Source of the DNA: Pyrinomonadaceae bacterium
GTDB lineage: Bacteria > Acidobacteriota > Blastocatellia > Pyrinomonadales > Pyrinomonadaceae
NCBI GenBank assembly: GCA_019694345.1
Contig: JAIBCA010000169.1
Location: 7,736-71,735, forward strand
Reading direction: 5' to 3'
Length of the DNA: 64,000 nt
Shown here: positions 19,082 through 27,796 of the stretch, in pieces
Position numbering within the stretch: position 1 is the first letter of the stretch
How the letters are laid out: the number at the start of each line of letters is the position of its first letter
Made by a program: the position numbers and the translations under genes
Notes under the pieces: model-generated
What the model saw: the letters and a program-made list of their open reading frames with translations, nothing else
Database searches by the model: none
What the model was told of the DNA's origin: nothing

Positions 19082-19525
19082 TTAGCGGGGAGCGTGGCCG
19101 TCGGGGACCGGATCCATGTCATCACCCAAAAAGCGGCGACGGTATATTTCGGGCAATGATCTGACCTTTTTGTTGTTGTCAGTGACGACGTGCAATGTTT
19201 CGCCCTCGGCGATAAGCGTGTCGTCAGACCGGCGATACACCTTGTAAATAAACCTAAGGCTTCGGCTGCGGACCTCGCTCGCCTTAAGCATTATGGTCAA
19301 AATGTCATCGTAATAAGCCGGAGATTTGTAGCGGCAATAGGTTTCGGCGACGACCATCAGGGCCTCGTCTACCTCTTCCATCTCCTTATAGGAAAAGCCG
19401 CGCGCCCTGCACAGGTCACCGCGGCCAACTTCGAACCAAATCAGGTAGTTCGAGTGATGAACTATCCCCATTTGATCAGTCTCGGCATAGCGTACCCGAA
19501 TGTCGGTTTCGTGCCAGCCGTCCAT
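19082..19525 (-). CDS. acyl-CoA thioesterase, YbgC/4HBT (hotdog) family
   Basis: IRVRYAETDQMGIVHHSNYLIWFEVGRGDLCRARGFSYKEMEE is the typical YbgC N-terminal signature. Confidence 0.85.
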   Translation of the reverse strand: MDGWHETDIRVRYAETDQMGIVHHSNYLIWFEVGRGDLCRARGFSYKEMEEVDEALMVVAETYCRYKSPAYYDDILTIMLKASEVRSRSLRFIYKVYRRSDDTLIAEGETLHVVTDNNKKVRSLPEIYRRRFLGDDMDPVPDGHAPR

Positions 19526-19533
19526 AAGATATT

Positions 19534-19607
19534 TGGCTGGGAGACAGGGATTCGAACCCCGATAGGCAGATCCAGAGACTGCAGTCCTACCATTAGACGA
19601 TCTCCCA
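19534..19607 (-). tRNA. tRNA-Gln (anticodon CUG)
   Basis: The reverse complement, TGGGAGATCGTCTAATGGTAGGACTGCAGTCTCTGGATCTGCCTATCGGGGTTCGAATCCCTGTCTCCCAGCCA, folds as a cloverleaf. It has a U1-A72 pair and G73 (Gln identity), anticodon loop CU-CUG-GA, a GGTTCGAATCC T-arm and an encoded CCA. Confidence 0.9.
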
Positions 19608-19691
19608 GCGTTACTAATAATTTACGTTTCCGCCCTTGCGCTTGTCAAACCACTTTGCGAATCTCGCCTGCGGCAGGCAAAATAGAGGTTT

Positions 19692-20150
19692 ATGTCGGAT
19701 GACAAGGAGATACTTAATAATCGTCAGGCTTATCACGAATTCTTCATTCTTGATAAGTACGAGGCCGGCGCCGCACTCGTCGGTACCGAGGTCAAAAGTA
19801 TCATGGCCGGAAGGATCCAGCTCAAGGAGGCCTTTGTTCAGATAAAGGACGGCGAGGTCTGGCTGCTCAACTCGCATATTTCGCATTACTCGCACGGAAA
19901 TATCAATAATCACGACGTTCTGCGGCCGCGAAAACTCTTGCTTCACCGCCGCGAGATCGAAAAGCTCGAACGCGAGACCACCGTCAAGGGCATGACCCTC
20001 GTCGTGACCCGCATTTACTGGAAGAACGGCCGGATCAAGTTTGAGATCGGCGTCGCCAAGGGCAAGAAGCTGTACGATAAACGCGAGACCGAGATGCGTA
20101 AGACGATCGACAAAGAAACGCGGCAAGAGTTGAAACAAAGGCTTAGATAA
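19692..20150 (+). CDS. smpB: SsrA-binding protein
   Basis: NRQAYHEFFILDKYEAGAALVGTEVKSI ... LLLHRREIEKL ... basic C-terminal tail. 152 aa. Confidence 0.93.
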   Translation: MSDDKEILNNRQAYHEFFILDKYEAGAALVGTEVKSIMAGRIQLKEAFVQIKDGEVWLLNSHISHYSHGNINNHDVLRPRKLLLHRREIEKLERETTVKGMTLVVTRIYWKNGRIKFEIGVAKGKKLYDKRETEMRKTIDKETRQELKQRLR

Positions 20151-20204
20151 GTTATAGATATTACAAGGTTTTTGCACGCATAACAGTTACTTATAGAGGT
20201 GTAG

Positions 20205-21704
20205 ATGAAGGTTCAGGGAATTTCCTCCAATTTTACCGAAGCCAATGTTGACGCGTTGGCCGTTGCAGTATTCAAGGGCGAAAAAGCGACAGCCGGTGTC
20301 CTCAAGGACCTCGACAAGGTCTGCGGCGGCCTGATCGCCGCCGTCATCAAGAACGAAGAGTTCAAGGGCGACAAAGGCGAGACCGCCTTGATCCGATTCG
20401 TCCCGAAAGGCACTGTCAAAGCCAGCCGCCTTCTTCTAGTTGGTGTTGGCGAACAGAATGCTTACGGTGCCTCGGACATCGCCGGCGTGTCAGGCACAGC
20501 TACGCGATTTTTGCGTGCACGTAACATCAAGACCTTTGCGCTGATGCCGCGTTCCGAGGCGGCGGCGGTTGAGGTCGCACAGAACGCCACTCAGGGCTTC
20601 ATCACGAGCCAGTTCGAACTCGATAAATACAAAACCAAGGACAAGAATGACAAGGTTGTCACAGGCATGACCGTCTGCGTCGAGGGAGCCAAACCCGCCG
20701 ACCTGAAGAACGGCATTGCCCGCGGTCACGCCATCGGCGAGTCGATGAATTTCACTCGTGACCTCGCTAATGAGCCGCCCAATATCCTCCATCCGACCGA
20801 GATGGCAAAACGTGCTCAGGCTATGGCAAAGGAGACCAACCTGAAGTGCGAGATCCTCGACGAAGCGAAAATGACCAAGCTCGGCATGGGTTCGCTGATG
20901 AGCGTCTCGATCGGGTCGGAACAGCCCGCCAAAATGATCGTCCTCAAGTACACGCCGGCAAAGAGCACCGCCAAGAAGGGAGAAATGCTCGCTCTGGTCG
21001 GCAAGGGCATTACCTTCGACACCGGCGGTATCTCACTCAAGCCCGGCGAGGGCATGGACGCGATGAAGTACGATATGTCGGGCGGTGCGACAGTTCTCGG
21101 CACGATGAGGGCGATAGCCTTGCTCAAACCGACGGTCCCGGTCATCGGCATCGTCGCCGCGGTAGAGAATATGCCGGATGGCAAAGCTTCACGCCCGAGC
21201 GATGTCGTAACCGCGATGAACGGCAAGACGATCGAGATCCTGAACACCGACGCCGAAGGCCGGCTGATCCTCGCCGATGCGGTCGCCTATGCCGAAAAAC
21301 TCGGGGCCACCCGCATTGTCGATATGGCCACGCTCACAGGTGCCGTCATTATCGCCCTCGGCGACCAGAATACGGGCATCATGGGCAATGATCAGGGCCT
21401 TGTGGACGAGATCATCGCTTGCGGCAAGGAGGCGGGCGAGGGTTTTTGGCAGCTGCCGGTCAGCCCCGAATACAGCAAGCAGATCCGCTCTGATATCGCC
21501 GACATTAAGAACATTGGTCCCCGCGGAAAGGCGGGCACCATCATGGGAGCCGTCTTTATTCAGGAGTTCGTGGACAAGGCCAAATGGGCTCACCTCGACA
21601 TTGCCGGCACCGCTTGGATCGATAGCGGCAAATCACATATGTCCAAGGGACCGACCGGCGTCGCCATCCGATCTCTCATCCGTCTGGTCGAGAAGTCGCA
21701 ATAG
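20205..21704 (+). CDS. pepA: leucyl aminopeptidase (M17)
   Basis: VGKGITFDTGGISLKP, NTDAEGRLILADA and HLDIAGTAW motifs. 499 aa. Confidence 0.92.
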   Translation: MKVQGISSNFTEANVDALAVAVFKGEKATAGVLKDLDKVCGGLIAAVIKNEEFKGDKGETALIRFVPKGTVKASRLLLVGVGEQNAYGASDIAGVSGTATRFLRARNIKTFALMPRSEAAAVEVAQNATQGFITSQFELDKYKTKDKNDKVVTGMTVCVEGAKPADLKNGIARGHAIGESMNFTRDLANEPPNILHPTEMAKRAQAMAKETNLKCEILDEAKMTKLGMGSLMSVSIGSEQPAKMIVLKYTPAKSTAKKGEMLALVGKGITFDTGGISLKPGEGMDAMKYDMSGGATVLGTMRAIALLKPTVPVIGIVAAVENMPDGKASRPSDVVTAMNGKTIEILNTDAEGRLILADAVAYAEKLGATRIVDMATLTGAVIIALGDQNTGIMGNDQGLVDEIIACGKEAGEGFWQLPVSPEYSKQIRSDIADIKNIGPRGKAGTIMGAVFIQEFVDKAKWAHLDIAGTAWIDSGKSHMSKGPTGVAIRSLIRLVEKSQ

Positions 21705-21726
21705 AACGGCAACTCATTTTGATCCC

Positions 21727-21757
21727 AAAGGCCTCGGCAAACGCCCGCGGCCTTTTT
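21727..21757 (+). terminator. rho-independent terminator after pepA
   Basis: AAAGGCC (21727-21733) pairs with GGCCTTT (21749-21755) within a GC-rich hairpin, and the T-run continues to 21757. Confidence 0.65.
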
Positions 21758-21835
21758 CTATTTTTGCCCCGTAATAATTGACACGCGACCGACAATCTTG
21801 TCTAATCCATTTATCTCAGCTCAGCAGGATTCGAT

Positions 21836-22714
21836 ATGGATCGCAACTTGATCAATTTGGCGTTGGTTGTCGGCATCCTTTTTGTGATCACCGCCTGTGT
21901 TTGCCGATCGGACCGTGACCAGAAGCCGGCGTCTCCAACACCCGAGAAAAGCGCCTCAAGTTCAACGCCTGCCGAAAAGGAAAAACCGAACACCGGCAAG
22001 GAAAAGATCAAGGACGAAGGTGATTTTGTCGTCGATCATGTCGATGTGGAAAATCCGAAATACGCCGATATCGACCGCGAGGTCCGCGAGGAAAAGCTGC
22101 TGGAAAAAGCTGCAGACCAGCTCAATAAGGCACTCATTCTGCCGCACGATATCACGCTCCGCACCAAGGATTGCGGCGAGATCAATGCTTTCTACGATTC
22201 TAACGACCCGACCGTTACCGTCTGTTACGAGTTGATGGAACATTTTTATCAGGTGTTCAGGTCGAGCGGCCTGTCAGACGACCGAGCCTACGAAAAGATG
22301 TTCGACGCGGTGCGTTTTGTGTTTCTGCATGAGATCGGCCATGCTCTGATCGACACCTACAAACTTCCGGTGACCGGCAACGAAGAGGATGCCGCGGATC
22401 GCGCTTCGGCGTACATAAACCTCGAGGAGTTGGGTGAAGACGGCGTCAACGCAGTATTCGCCGCCGCCGACGCTTTCGCGATCGAGTCAAAGCGCAGAAC
22501 GAATGGCCGACAGGACCTCGCGGACGAGCATCTTTTGAAAGAACAGCGATTCTACAATTCGCTGTGTATGATCTATGGATCGAATTCGGCAAAATACGAA
22601 AATATTGTGATCAAGGGCTATTTGCCCAAGGAACGTGCCGTTCGCTGTGAGAACGAGTATCAGCGAACGTCCGACAGTTGGCGAAATCTGCTTCAGCCGT
22701 GGCGCAAGGACTGA
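21836..22714 (+). CDS. lipoprotein, putative HExxH metallopeptidase (DUF4344-like)
   Basis: Lipobox LFVITA-C. The FVFLHEIGHALID HExxH motif followed by GNEEDAADRASAY is as I remember for Pfam DUF4344. The family assignment is from memory. Confidence 0.65.
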   Translation: MDRNLINLALVVGILFVITACVCRSDRDQKPASPTPEKSASSSTPAEKEKPNTGKEKIKDEGDFVVDHVDVENPKYADIDREVREEKLLEKAADQLNKALILPHDITLRTKDCGEINAFYDSNDPTVTVCYELMEHFYQVFRSSGLSDDRAYEKMFDAVRFVFLHEIGHALIDTYKLPVTGNEEDAADRASAYINLEELGEDGVNAVFAAADAFAIESKRRTNGRQDLADEHLLKEQRFYNSLCMIYGSNSAKYENIVIKGYLPKERAVRCENEYQRTSDSWRNLLQPWRKD

Positions 22715-22733
22715 TGATTGTTGAGGAGTGAGA

Positions 22734-23312
22734 ATGAAAAGATTAGTTGACAGTATTTTTTTCGGCGGCAATACCTTGCTTAGCGGTATCATTGCTCTGG
22801 CCGTGGTTGGCAGCATCGCGCTCGGCTGTAATTGTAATAAGAGCTTTGATCTGGGCAACATCTCGTCGTCGTCCAATAGTTCATCGGGGACGTCTAAAGA
22901 CGATCCGGCCGATAAGGGCAAAAGTGGCGATGTCCCGTCCGACAGCGTGGTCGAGGGCCTTGTGAAAGATTCGACCGAGCAGTTCGCCGAGGCGATCCAG
23001 AGCGAGGAGTTTGACGATCTTCGGTCAAGTGCTTCGACCGACTTCCAAAACACATACTCAGCCGATGAGATGCGGGACGCGTTCAAGTCGTACATAAATA
23101 AAAAATCGCTCGTTGTCCCGATACTCCGCAAGGCAAAGGACACGGATGCCGACTTTACTACCCCGCCGTCGATCCGCACGGAAAAGGGCCTCAAGGTTCT
23201 AATGGCAAACGGCAAGTTCCCGACCAAACCGTACGCCGTGCGGTTTGATTACGAATACGTGATGCGTGGCGGCGAATGGAAGCTCTTGAAATTGGTAGTG
23301 AATATTCCGTGA
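22734..23312 (+). CDS. hypothetical lipoprotein, paralogue 1 (C-terminal ~125-aa domain shared with next gene)
   Basis: GAGGAG 5 nt upstream of the ATG at 22734. Lipobox GSIALG-C followed by an S-rich linker. The C-terminal domain ends ...GEWKLLKLVVNI. Confidence 0.7.
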   Translation: MKRLVDSIFFGGNTLLSGIIALAVVGSIALGCNCNKSFDLGNISSSSNSSSGTSKDDPADKGKSGDVPSDSVVEGLVKDSTEQFAEAIQSEEFDDLRSSASTDFQNTYSADEMRDAFKSYINKKSLVVPILRKAKDTDADFTTPPSIRTEKGLKVLMANGKFPTKPYAVRFDYEYVMRGGEWKLLKLVVNIP

Positions 23313-23360
23313 CGGCCGGTGAACTGCCGGATCGGCCGAAAATTAAGATAAAGGAGAAAT

Positions 23361-24125
23361 ATGAATAGGATGAAGTTTGCAAACAGATCCAGCTCGACGC
23401 TTTCGCTTTTTGTTGCGTTAGGCATTCTATTGGTGGTTGGTTTGGGCTGTGGTTCCGGCACCCCACCGCCGTCCGCGTATGTTGGATTTTGGCAGGGCGA
23501 CGATGGTTCAACGATCACGATCAGGGCTGACGGCGGCGGCGATTATAAATCGGGCGGCACGTCGGTTTCCGGCGGCGGTGTCACCGTCGATGAAGGAGCC
23601 AAAACACTCAAGATAGCTCTCGCGGGCCTCGGGCCCAGTTTCACCATCGACAAAGCACCCGAAGGCGGCAAGATGACGCTCAGCGGCGTTGTTTACCGCA
23701 AGGCCGGCGGATCTGACAGCAGCACGAGCGACGCCAAGCCCGTGATACCGTCAGACGACAAGCTCCAGACGCTGGTCAAACAGACCGTAATGGATTTTGG
23801 CGACGCTGTGCAGTCGGGCGACTTTGGGGACTTTCATAAAAAGACGGCCAAGGTCTGGCGTGACACATCGAGCCCGGAGAAGATGTTAGAAGCATTTAAA
23901 GTGTTCGTCGATAATAAGGAGAATTTCAATTTCAAACGGGCGATAGCCACGTTGGACGCGACATTTTCGCCTGCACCGGCGATCGAAAAGGTCTCGGGTC
24001 TTGACGCCATGATCGTCAAGGGCAGTTACGCGACAAAACCCGCGACCAACTTTGAACTGAAATACACCATGGATGACGGCACATGGAAGCTGATCGGCAT
24101 CAACATCAAGACCGGGGCTGAGTGA
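23361..24125 (+). CDS. hypothetical lipoprotein, paralogue 2
   Basis: AAGGAG upstream. Lipobox VVGLG-C. Has an extra ~85-aa G-rich beta-looking N-domain, then a C-terminal domain colinear with the previous gene (LVK..V.DF..AVQS.DF.DF ... AFK ... TKP ... Y.MDDGTWKLIGINI). Confidence 0.7.
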   Translation: MNRMKFANRSSSTLSLFVALGILLVVGLGCGSGTPPPSAYVGFWQGDDGSTITIRADGGGDYKSGGTSVSGGGVTVDEGAKTLKIALAGLGPSFTIDKAPEGGKMTLSGVVYRKAGGSDSSTSDAKPVIPSDDKLQTLVKQTVMDFGDAVQSGDFGDFHKKTAKVWRDTSSPEKMLEAFKVFVDNKENFNFKRAIATLDATFSPAPAIEKVSGLDAMIVKGSYATKPATNFELKYTMDDGTWKLIGINIKTGAE

Positions 24126-24149
24126 TCGCGGTTTCGACTCTGCTTAACT

Positions 24150-24182
24150 GGCCGGTCCCTGGTGGTCCGGCCTTTGATTTTT
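24150..24182 (+). terminator. rho-independent terminator closing the lipoprotein unit
   Basis: GGCCGG (24150-24155) pairs with CCGGCC (24167-24172) and is followed by TTTGATTTTT. Confidence 0.6.
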
Positions 24183-24229
24183 ACTGCTCCGAAAGCTAAA
24201 CTCTTTCTTTCGCTTTATTTCACGATCAT

Positions 24230-25390
24230 ATGAAAATTCACGAGTATCAAGGCAAAGCCATCCTGAAAGAATACGGCGTTCCGGTGCCCCGCGGCATCGT
24301 CGCCCGCTCGCCCGAAGAGGCTGAGGCGGCGGCAAAGGAACTCGGCACTGACATCGTCGTTGTCAAGGCACAGATCCACGCCGGCGGCCGCGGTAAAGGC
24401 GGCGGCGTCAAGCTCGCCAAATCTTCGGCCGAGGCTCGCGAGATCGCTTCTCAGATCCTCGGGATGCAGCTCGTTACGCATCAGACCGGCCCCGAGGGCC
24501 AGGAGGTCCGCACCCTTCTGATCGAAGAAGGCCTGCCGATCGACAAGGAATTCTATCTCGGCATCACGCTTGACCGCGTGACGGGCCGCAACGTCTTTAT
24601 GGCGTCGCAGGCCGGCGGAATGGACATCGAGAAGGTCGCCGAAGAGACTCCGGAACTGATACTCAAAGAGACGATCGACCCGGCGGTCGGGCTCCGCGGC
24701 TTTCAGGCACGCAAGCTTGCGTTCGGCCTCGGCATTCCCAATGAACTGGTCGGCCAGGCGACTAAGTTCATGCTTGCCCTCTATGACGCTTACGAAAAGA
24801 CGGATGCAAGCCTGGTCGAGATCAATCCGTTCCTGCTGACCAAGGACGGCCGCCTGATCGCCCTCGACGCCAAGCTCAACTTTGACGACAACGCGATGTT
24901 CAGGCACAAGGATTACGCCGAACTCCGCGACCTTCACGAAGAAGAGCCGCTCGAGATCGAAGCGTCGAAACACGACCTCAACTACATCAAGCTCGACGGC
25001 AACATCGGCTGTATGGTCAACGGGGCGGGCCTCGCGATGGCGACGATGGACATCATCAAGCTCGCCGGGGGTGAACCGGCTAACTTTCTCGACGTCGGCG
25101 GCGGTGCAAGCCAAGAGCGTGTCGAACAGGCATTCAAGATCCTGCTCGCCGACCAGAACGTCAAGGCCGTGTTGATCAATATCTTCGGTGGCATCGTCCG
25201 CTGTGATATGGTCGCCCTCGGCGTGGTGGCCGCGGCCAAGAATCTGGGCGTGACGATCCCGATCGTCGCCCGGCTCGAGGGAACAAACGTCGAAGAAGGC
25301 CGCCGCGTGCTCGAATCATCCGGCATCGGCATCATTCCCGCCACCGGCATGAACGACGCTGCCCAAAAAGTGGTCGCCGCTGCTGCCTGA
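24230..25390 (+). CDS. sucC: succinyl-CoA synthetase (ADP-forming) beta subunit
   Basis: [41 protein letters not shown] and [29 protein letters not shown] motifs. 386 aa. Confidence 0.95.
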   Translation: MKIHEYQGKAILKEYGVPVPRGIVARSPEEAEAAAKELGTDIVVVKAQIHAGGRGKGGGVKLAKSSAEAREIASQILGMQLVTHQTGPEGQEVRTLLIEEGLPIDKEFYLGITLDRVTGRNVFMASQAGGMDIEKVAEETPELILKETIDPAVGLRGFQARKLAFGLGIPNELVGQATKFMLALYDAYEKTDASLVEINPFLLTKDGRLIALDAKLNFDDNAMFRHKDYAELRDLHEEEPLEIEASKHDLNYIKLDGNIGCMVNGAGLAMATMDIIKLAGGEPANFLDVGGGASQERVEQAFKILLADQNVKAVLINIFGGIVRCDMVALGVVAAAKNLGVTIPIVARLEGTNVEEGRRVLESSGIGIIPATGMNDAAQKVVAAAA

Positions 25391-25409
25391 TCGGCGTCCA
25401 TCTCGTAAA

Positions 25410-25460
25410 CAATAACGATGCACGGTTCGGATCTGCTCCGCTCCGTGCATTTCGTTGTTG
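25410..25460 (+). terminator. long imperfect hairpin directly after sucC
   Basis: The core ATGCACGG (25418-25425) pairs with CCGTGCAT (25443-25450). Outer pairs extend it to about 16 bp with a 2-nt bulge. A T-rich 3' arm is present but there is no clean U-tract. Confidence 0.45.
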
Positions 25461-25567
25461 GCGTGGCCTGATGACATCCGGTAACGTGGCAAAAGCAACC
25501 AATTTAACCTCTCAGATCATCTCTTACGTTAAGTTTGGCACCTACCATTTGAATTGAGGATAAATAT

Positions 25568-27793
25568 ATGAGGAAAGTGATCTTGCTCCTGTCAGTGTTG
25601 GCCTGCGCCTACGGGATGCCGGCCCAATCGCCCCGAAACATCAAGTCCGCTCCGAACGCCGAGCGTCCGGCGTCCGCCGTCAATTCCCTGCCGATACGTC
25701 GGGTCATCCTTTATTCGAACGGTGTCGCCTACATCGAACGTCGGGGATTTGTCACCGGCAACGCCGAGGTCGATCTCTCGTTCAAGCAATCTCAGGTTGA
25801 CGACGTGCTTAAATCGATGGTCGTCCTCGACCTCGGACAGGGCAAGATCGGTGCCGTCAGCTACAACTCGTCGATGCCCGCGTCCGCCCGCACCGCCGAG
25901 ATACCGTTCAGTGTCGAGTCGCAGTCCGAGGAAACTGACGGTGCCGGCGGCGGACTTGCGGGGGTGCTGTCGCAATTGCAGGGAGCCAAGGTGCTTGTCA
26001 CATCATCTAGAGGGACTGCGTCGGGCTCGATCCTCACGGTCGAGAAAAGATCCTCGGCAGCCGGCAAGAGCGCTGATGAAAAATTGCGGCCGCTGCTCGC
26101 GTATTCACTGGTCATCGCATCAGAGAGCGGCGAGATCACGAGTTTTGACCTGGCTGACGTCCGCAGCGTCAAACTGCTCGAGGACGGCACGCGAAAGGAT
26201 GTGAACGAATTTGCGAGCGCCACCGCTTCGACCCGGCGCCGCGATGCCAAGACCATTTCGGTCACGTCCAACGGCGAAGGCCGCCGCGAAATGGTCGTCA
26301 GCTATACCGTGGCTGCCCCGATCTGGAAGACGACCTATCGCGTCGTGCTGGACGCCGAGGGAAAGCCGTTCTTTCAGGGCTGGGCGATCGTCGATAATGT
26401 CAGCGACGAAGACTGGCAGAACGTGCAGCTATCGCTTATCTCGGGATCACCGGTATCTTTCATCCAGAACCTTCAGAAGCCGCTCTACCGTTACCGGCCG
26501 ATCGTTCCGATCCCCGAGGACCTCAATCTCAAACCGCAGATCTATGATCCTGAGAACGAGACCGGCACCGGCTCGGGCAGCGGAAGCGGCGACGGTATGG
26601 GTAGCGGTAATGGCTCCGGCCGCGGCTCAGGAACGGTCGAGGTCGCCTCTTCAAAGGCGATGTTCGATAGCGCAAATAATAACTTTATTGTATCGTCCGG
26701 GTTTGCCGGGACCAGCGTCAGCGATGCAATTGTCAATGAACGCTCCGGCATCGAAACGGCCGCAAGCGGCGAAGAGATCGGCGACCTTTTTGAATACAAG
26801 ATCGAGCAGCCGATCTCGGTCGATAAGAACCGCTCGGCCCTGATCCCGATCATCCAAACCAAAATGGAAGGTGAACGCGTCTCGATCTTTCGCGAACCGG
26901 CCGAAGAGCCGGCAGACAGCGACGACGACGAGGGCGAAGCGGTCAAGCGTGCCAATCCGCGGCCGATGAGCGGCCTTTTGCTCAAAAATGTGACCGCGAT
27001 GACATTTGAGGGCGGATCGATGACCGTCCTCGATCGCGATGCCTACGCCGGCGAGGCCCTGATTGAGCGCCTTAAACCCAAGGAACAACGGCTGATCTCA
27101 TTCGCTCTGGACCTCGGAACGCTTGTCCGGACCGAGAAGAAAGAGGATCGTGAACCGGCCAAACTCGTAAAGGTCGTCGGCGGCGTGTTTCAGGTACATT
27201 ATTTCAAGACCGAAAAATCGCTCTATAAACTCTCGAATCAGACCGACCGCACCAAGGTGGTCTATATCGAACATCCGGTGCGAAAGGACTGGATCCTTTC
27301 CGAAAATTATGCCAAGCCTGACTATACGACGGCGAGATTCTACCGATTTCGCGTCGAACTGAAGCCGTTTGAGAATCGCGAGATCACGGTTGGCGAAAAC
27401 CTCGGTATGATGGATAAGTACGGCCTTTCGACCCTGTCGCCGAAAGACCTCGACCTTTTCCTCGCCGCCCGCGTGATCGACGATGCGACCCGGGCTAAAA
27501 TGTCCAAACTTATCGATCTGAGGATGCAGATCAACGCGATCGACGCCAAACTCGCGAGTAATGAAAAAGAAACCGCCGAGATCACCAAGGATCAGGAGCG
27601 GTTTCGCGAGAATATCGAATCGCTGGCCAAAACGCCGGATGCCAAACAACTGATCGTGCGTTACATCGCCAAGGCAAATGACCAGGAATCACGGCTCGAG
27701 CAGATCACAAAGGACAAACAAACACTTGTCGCTGATAAGGACCGCCTCGAACGCGAACTGGCGATCGAGATCAAGAATTTTGAGATCAAATAG
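25568..27793 (+). CDS. secreted DUF4139/DUF4140-like protein with Gly/Ser linker and C-terminal coiled coil
   Basis: Signal peptide MRKVILLLSVLACAYGMPAQ. VILYSNGVAYIERRG near the N-terminus and APIWKTTYRVVLD...FQGWAIVDNVSDEDWQNVQLSLISGSPVSF resemble the DUF4140/DUF4139 (MuiA-like) pattern as I remember it. GS-rich stretch ETGTGSGSGSGDGMGSGNGSGRGSGT. The last ~100 aa are heptad-like. Confidence 0.6.
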   Translation: MRKVILLLSVLACAYGMPAQSPRNIKSAPNAERPASAVNSLPIRRVILYSNGVAYIERRGFVTGNAEVDLSFKQSQVDDVLKSMVVLDLGQGKIGAVSYNSSMPASARTAEIPFSVESQSEETDGAGGGLAGVLSQLQGAKVLVTSSRGTASGSILTVEKRSSAAGKSADEKLRPLLAYSLVIASESGEITSFDLADVRSVKLLEDGTRKDVNEFASATASTRRRDAKTISVTSNGEGRREMVVSYTVAAPIWKTTYRVVLDAEGKPFFQGWAIVDNVSDEDWQNVQLSLISGSPVSFIQNLQKPLYRYRPIVPIPEDLNLKPQIYDPENETGTGSGSGSGDGMGSGNGSGRGSGTVEVASSKAMFDSANNNFIVSSGFAGTSVSDAIVNERSGIETAASGEEIGDLFEYKIEQPISVDKNRSALIPIIQTKMEGERVSIFREPAEEPADSDDDEGEAVKRANPRPMSGLLLKNVTAMTFEGGSMTVLDRDAYAGEALIERLKPKEQRLISFALDLGTLVRTEKKEDREPAKLVKVVGGVFQVHYFKTEKSLYKLSNQTDRTKVVYIEHPVRKDWILSENYAKPDYTTARFYRFRVELKPFENREITVGENLGMMDKYGLSTLSPKDLDLFLAARVIDDATRAKMSKLIDLRMQINAIDAKLASNEKETAEITKDQERFRENIESLAKTPDAKQLIVRYIAKANDQESRLEQITKDKQTLVADKDRLERELAIEIKNFEIK

Positions 27794-27796
27794 CGG

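Noticed and set aside
18802-19164. A 120-aa plus-strand ORF spanning the isochorismatase-thioesterase gap.
   Set aside because: It overlaps the YbgC-type gene 3' end and the better-formed 59-aa minus-strand membrane ORF. Its composition is noise-like.
21734-21752. The near-identical motif TCGGCAA(A)CGCCCGCGGCC occurs in the 3' regions of two unrelated genes: after pepA (21734-21752) and after the EF-G paralogue (59745-59762).
   Set aside because: There are only two copies, each about 18 nt with an indel, and both are GC-rich terminator-type sequence. I cannot distinguish this from chance without a genome-wide count. A REP-like element would need many more copies.
24215-25114. A 299-aa minus-strand ORF antisense to sucC. 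Similar long antisense ORFs occur at 19614-20177 (smpB), 11279-11845 (pyrH), 12614-13345 (883-aa gene), 27098-27649 (DUF4139-like gene), 58035-58640 (EF-G paralogue), 39829-40332 (iaaA) and 60353-60850 (DUF2911-like gene).
   Set aside because: Each lies opposite a gene with unmistakable family motifs. None has recognisable domains, an RBS or independent spacing. They are treated as shadow ORFs.
26557-26634. A repetitive GGC/AGC-rich nucleotide stretch that superficially looks like a short tandem repeat array.
   Set aside because: It is in frame inside a long ORF and encodes a (Gly/Ser)n linker. There is no spacer-repeat periodicity, so it is not CRISPR or a satellite.
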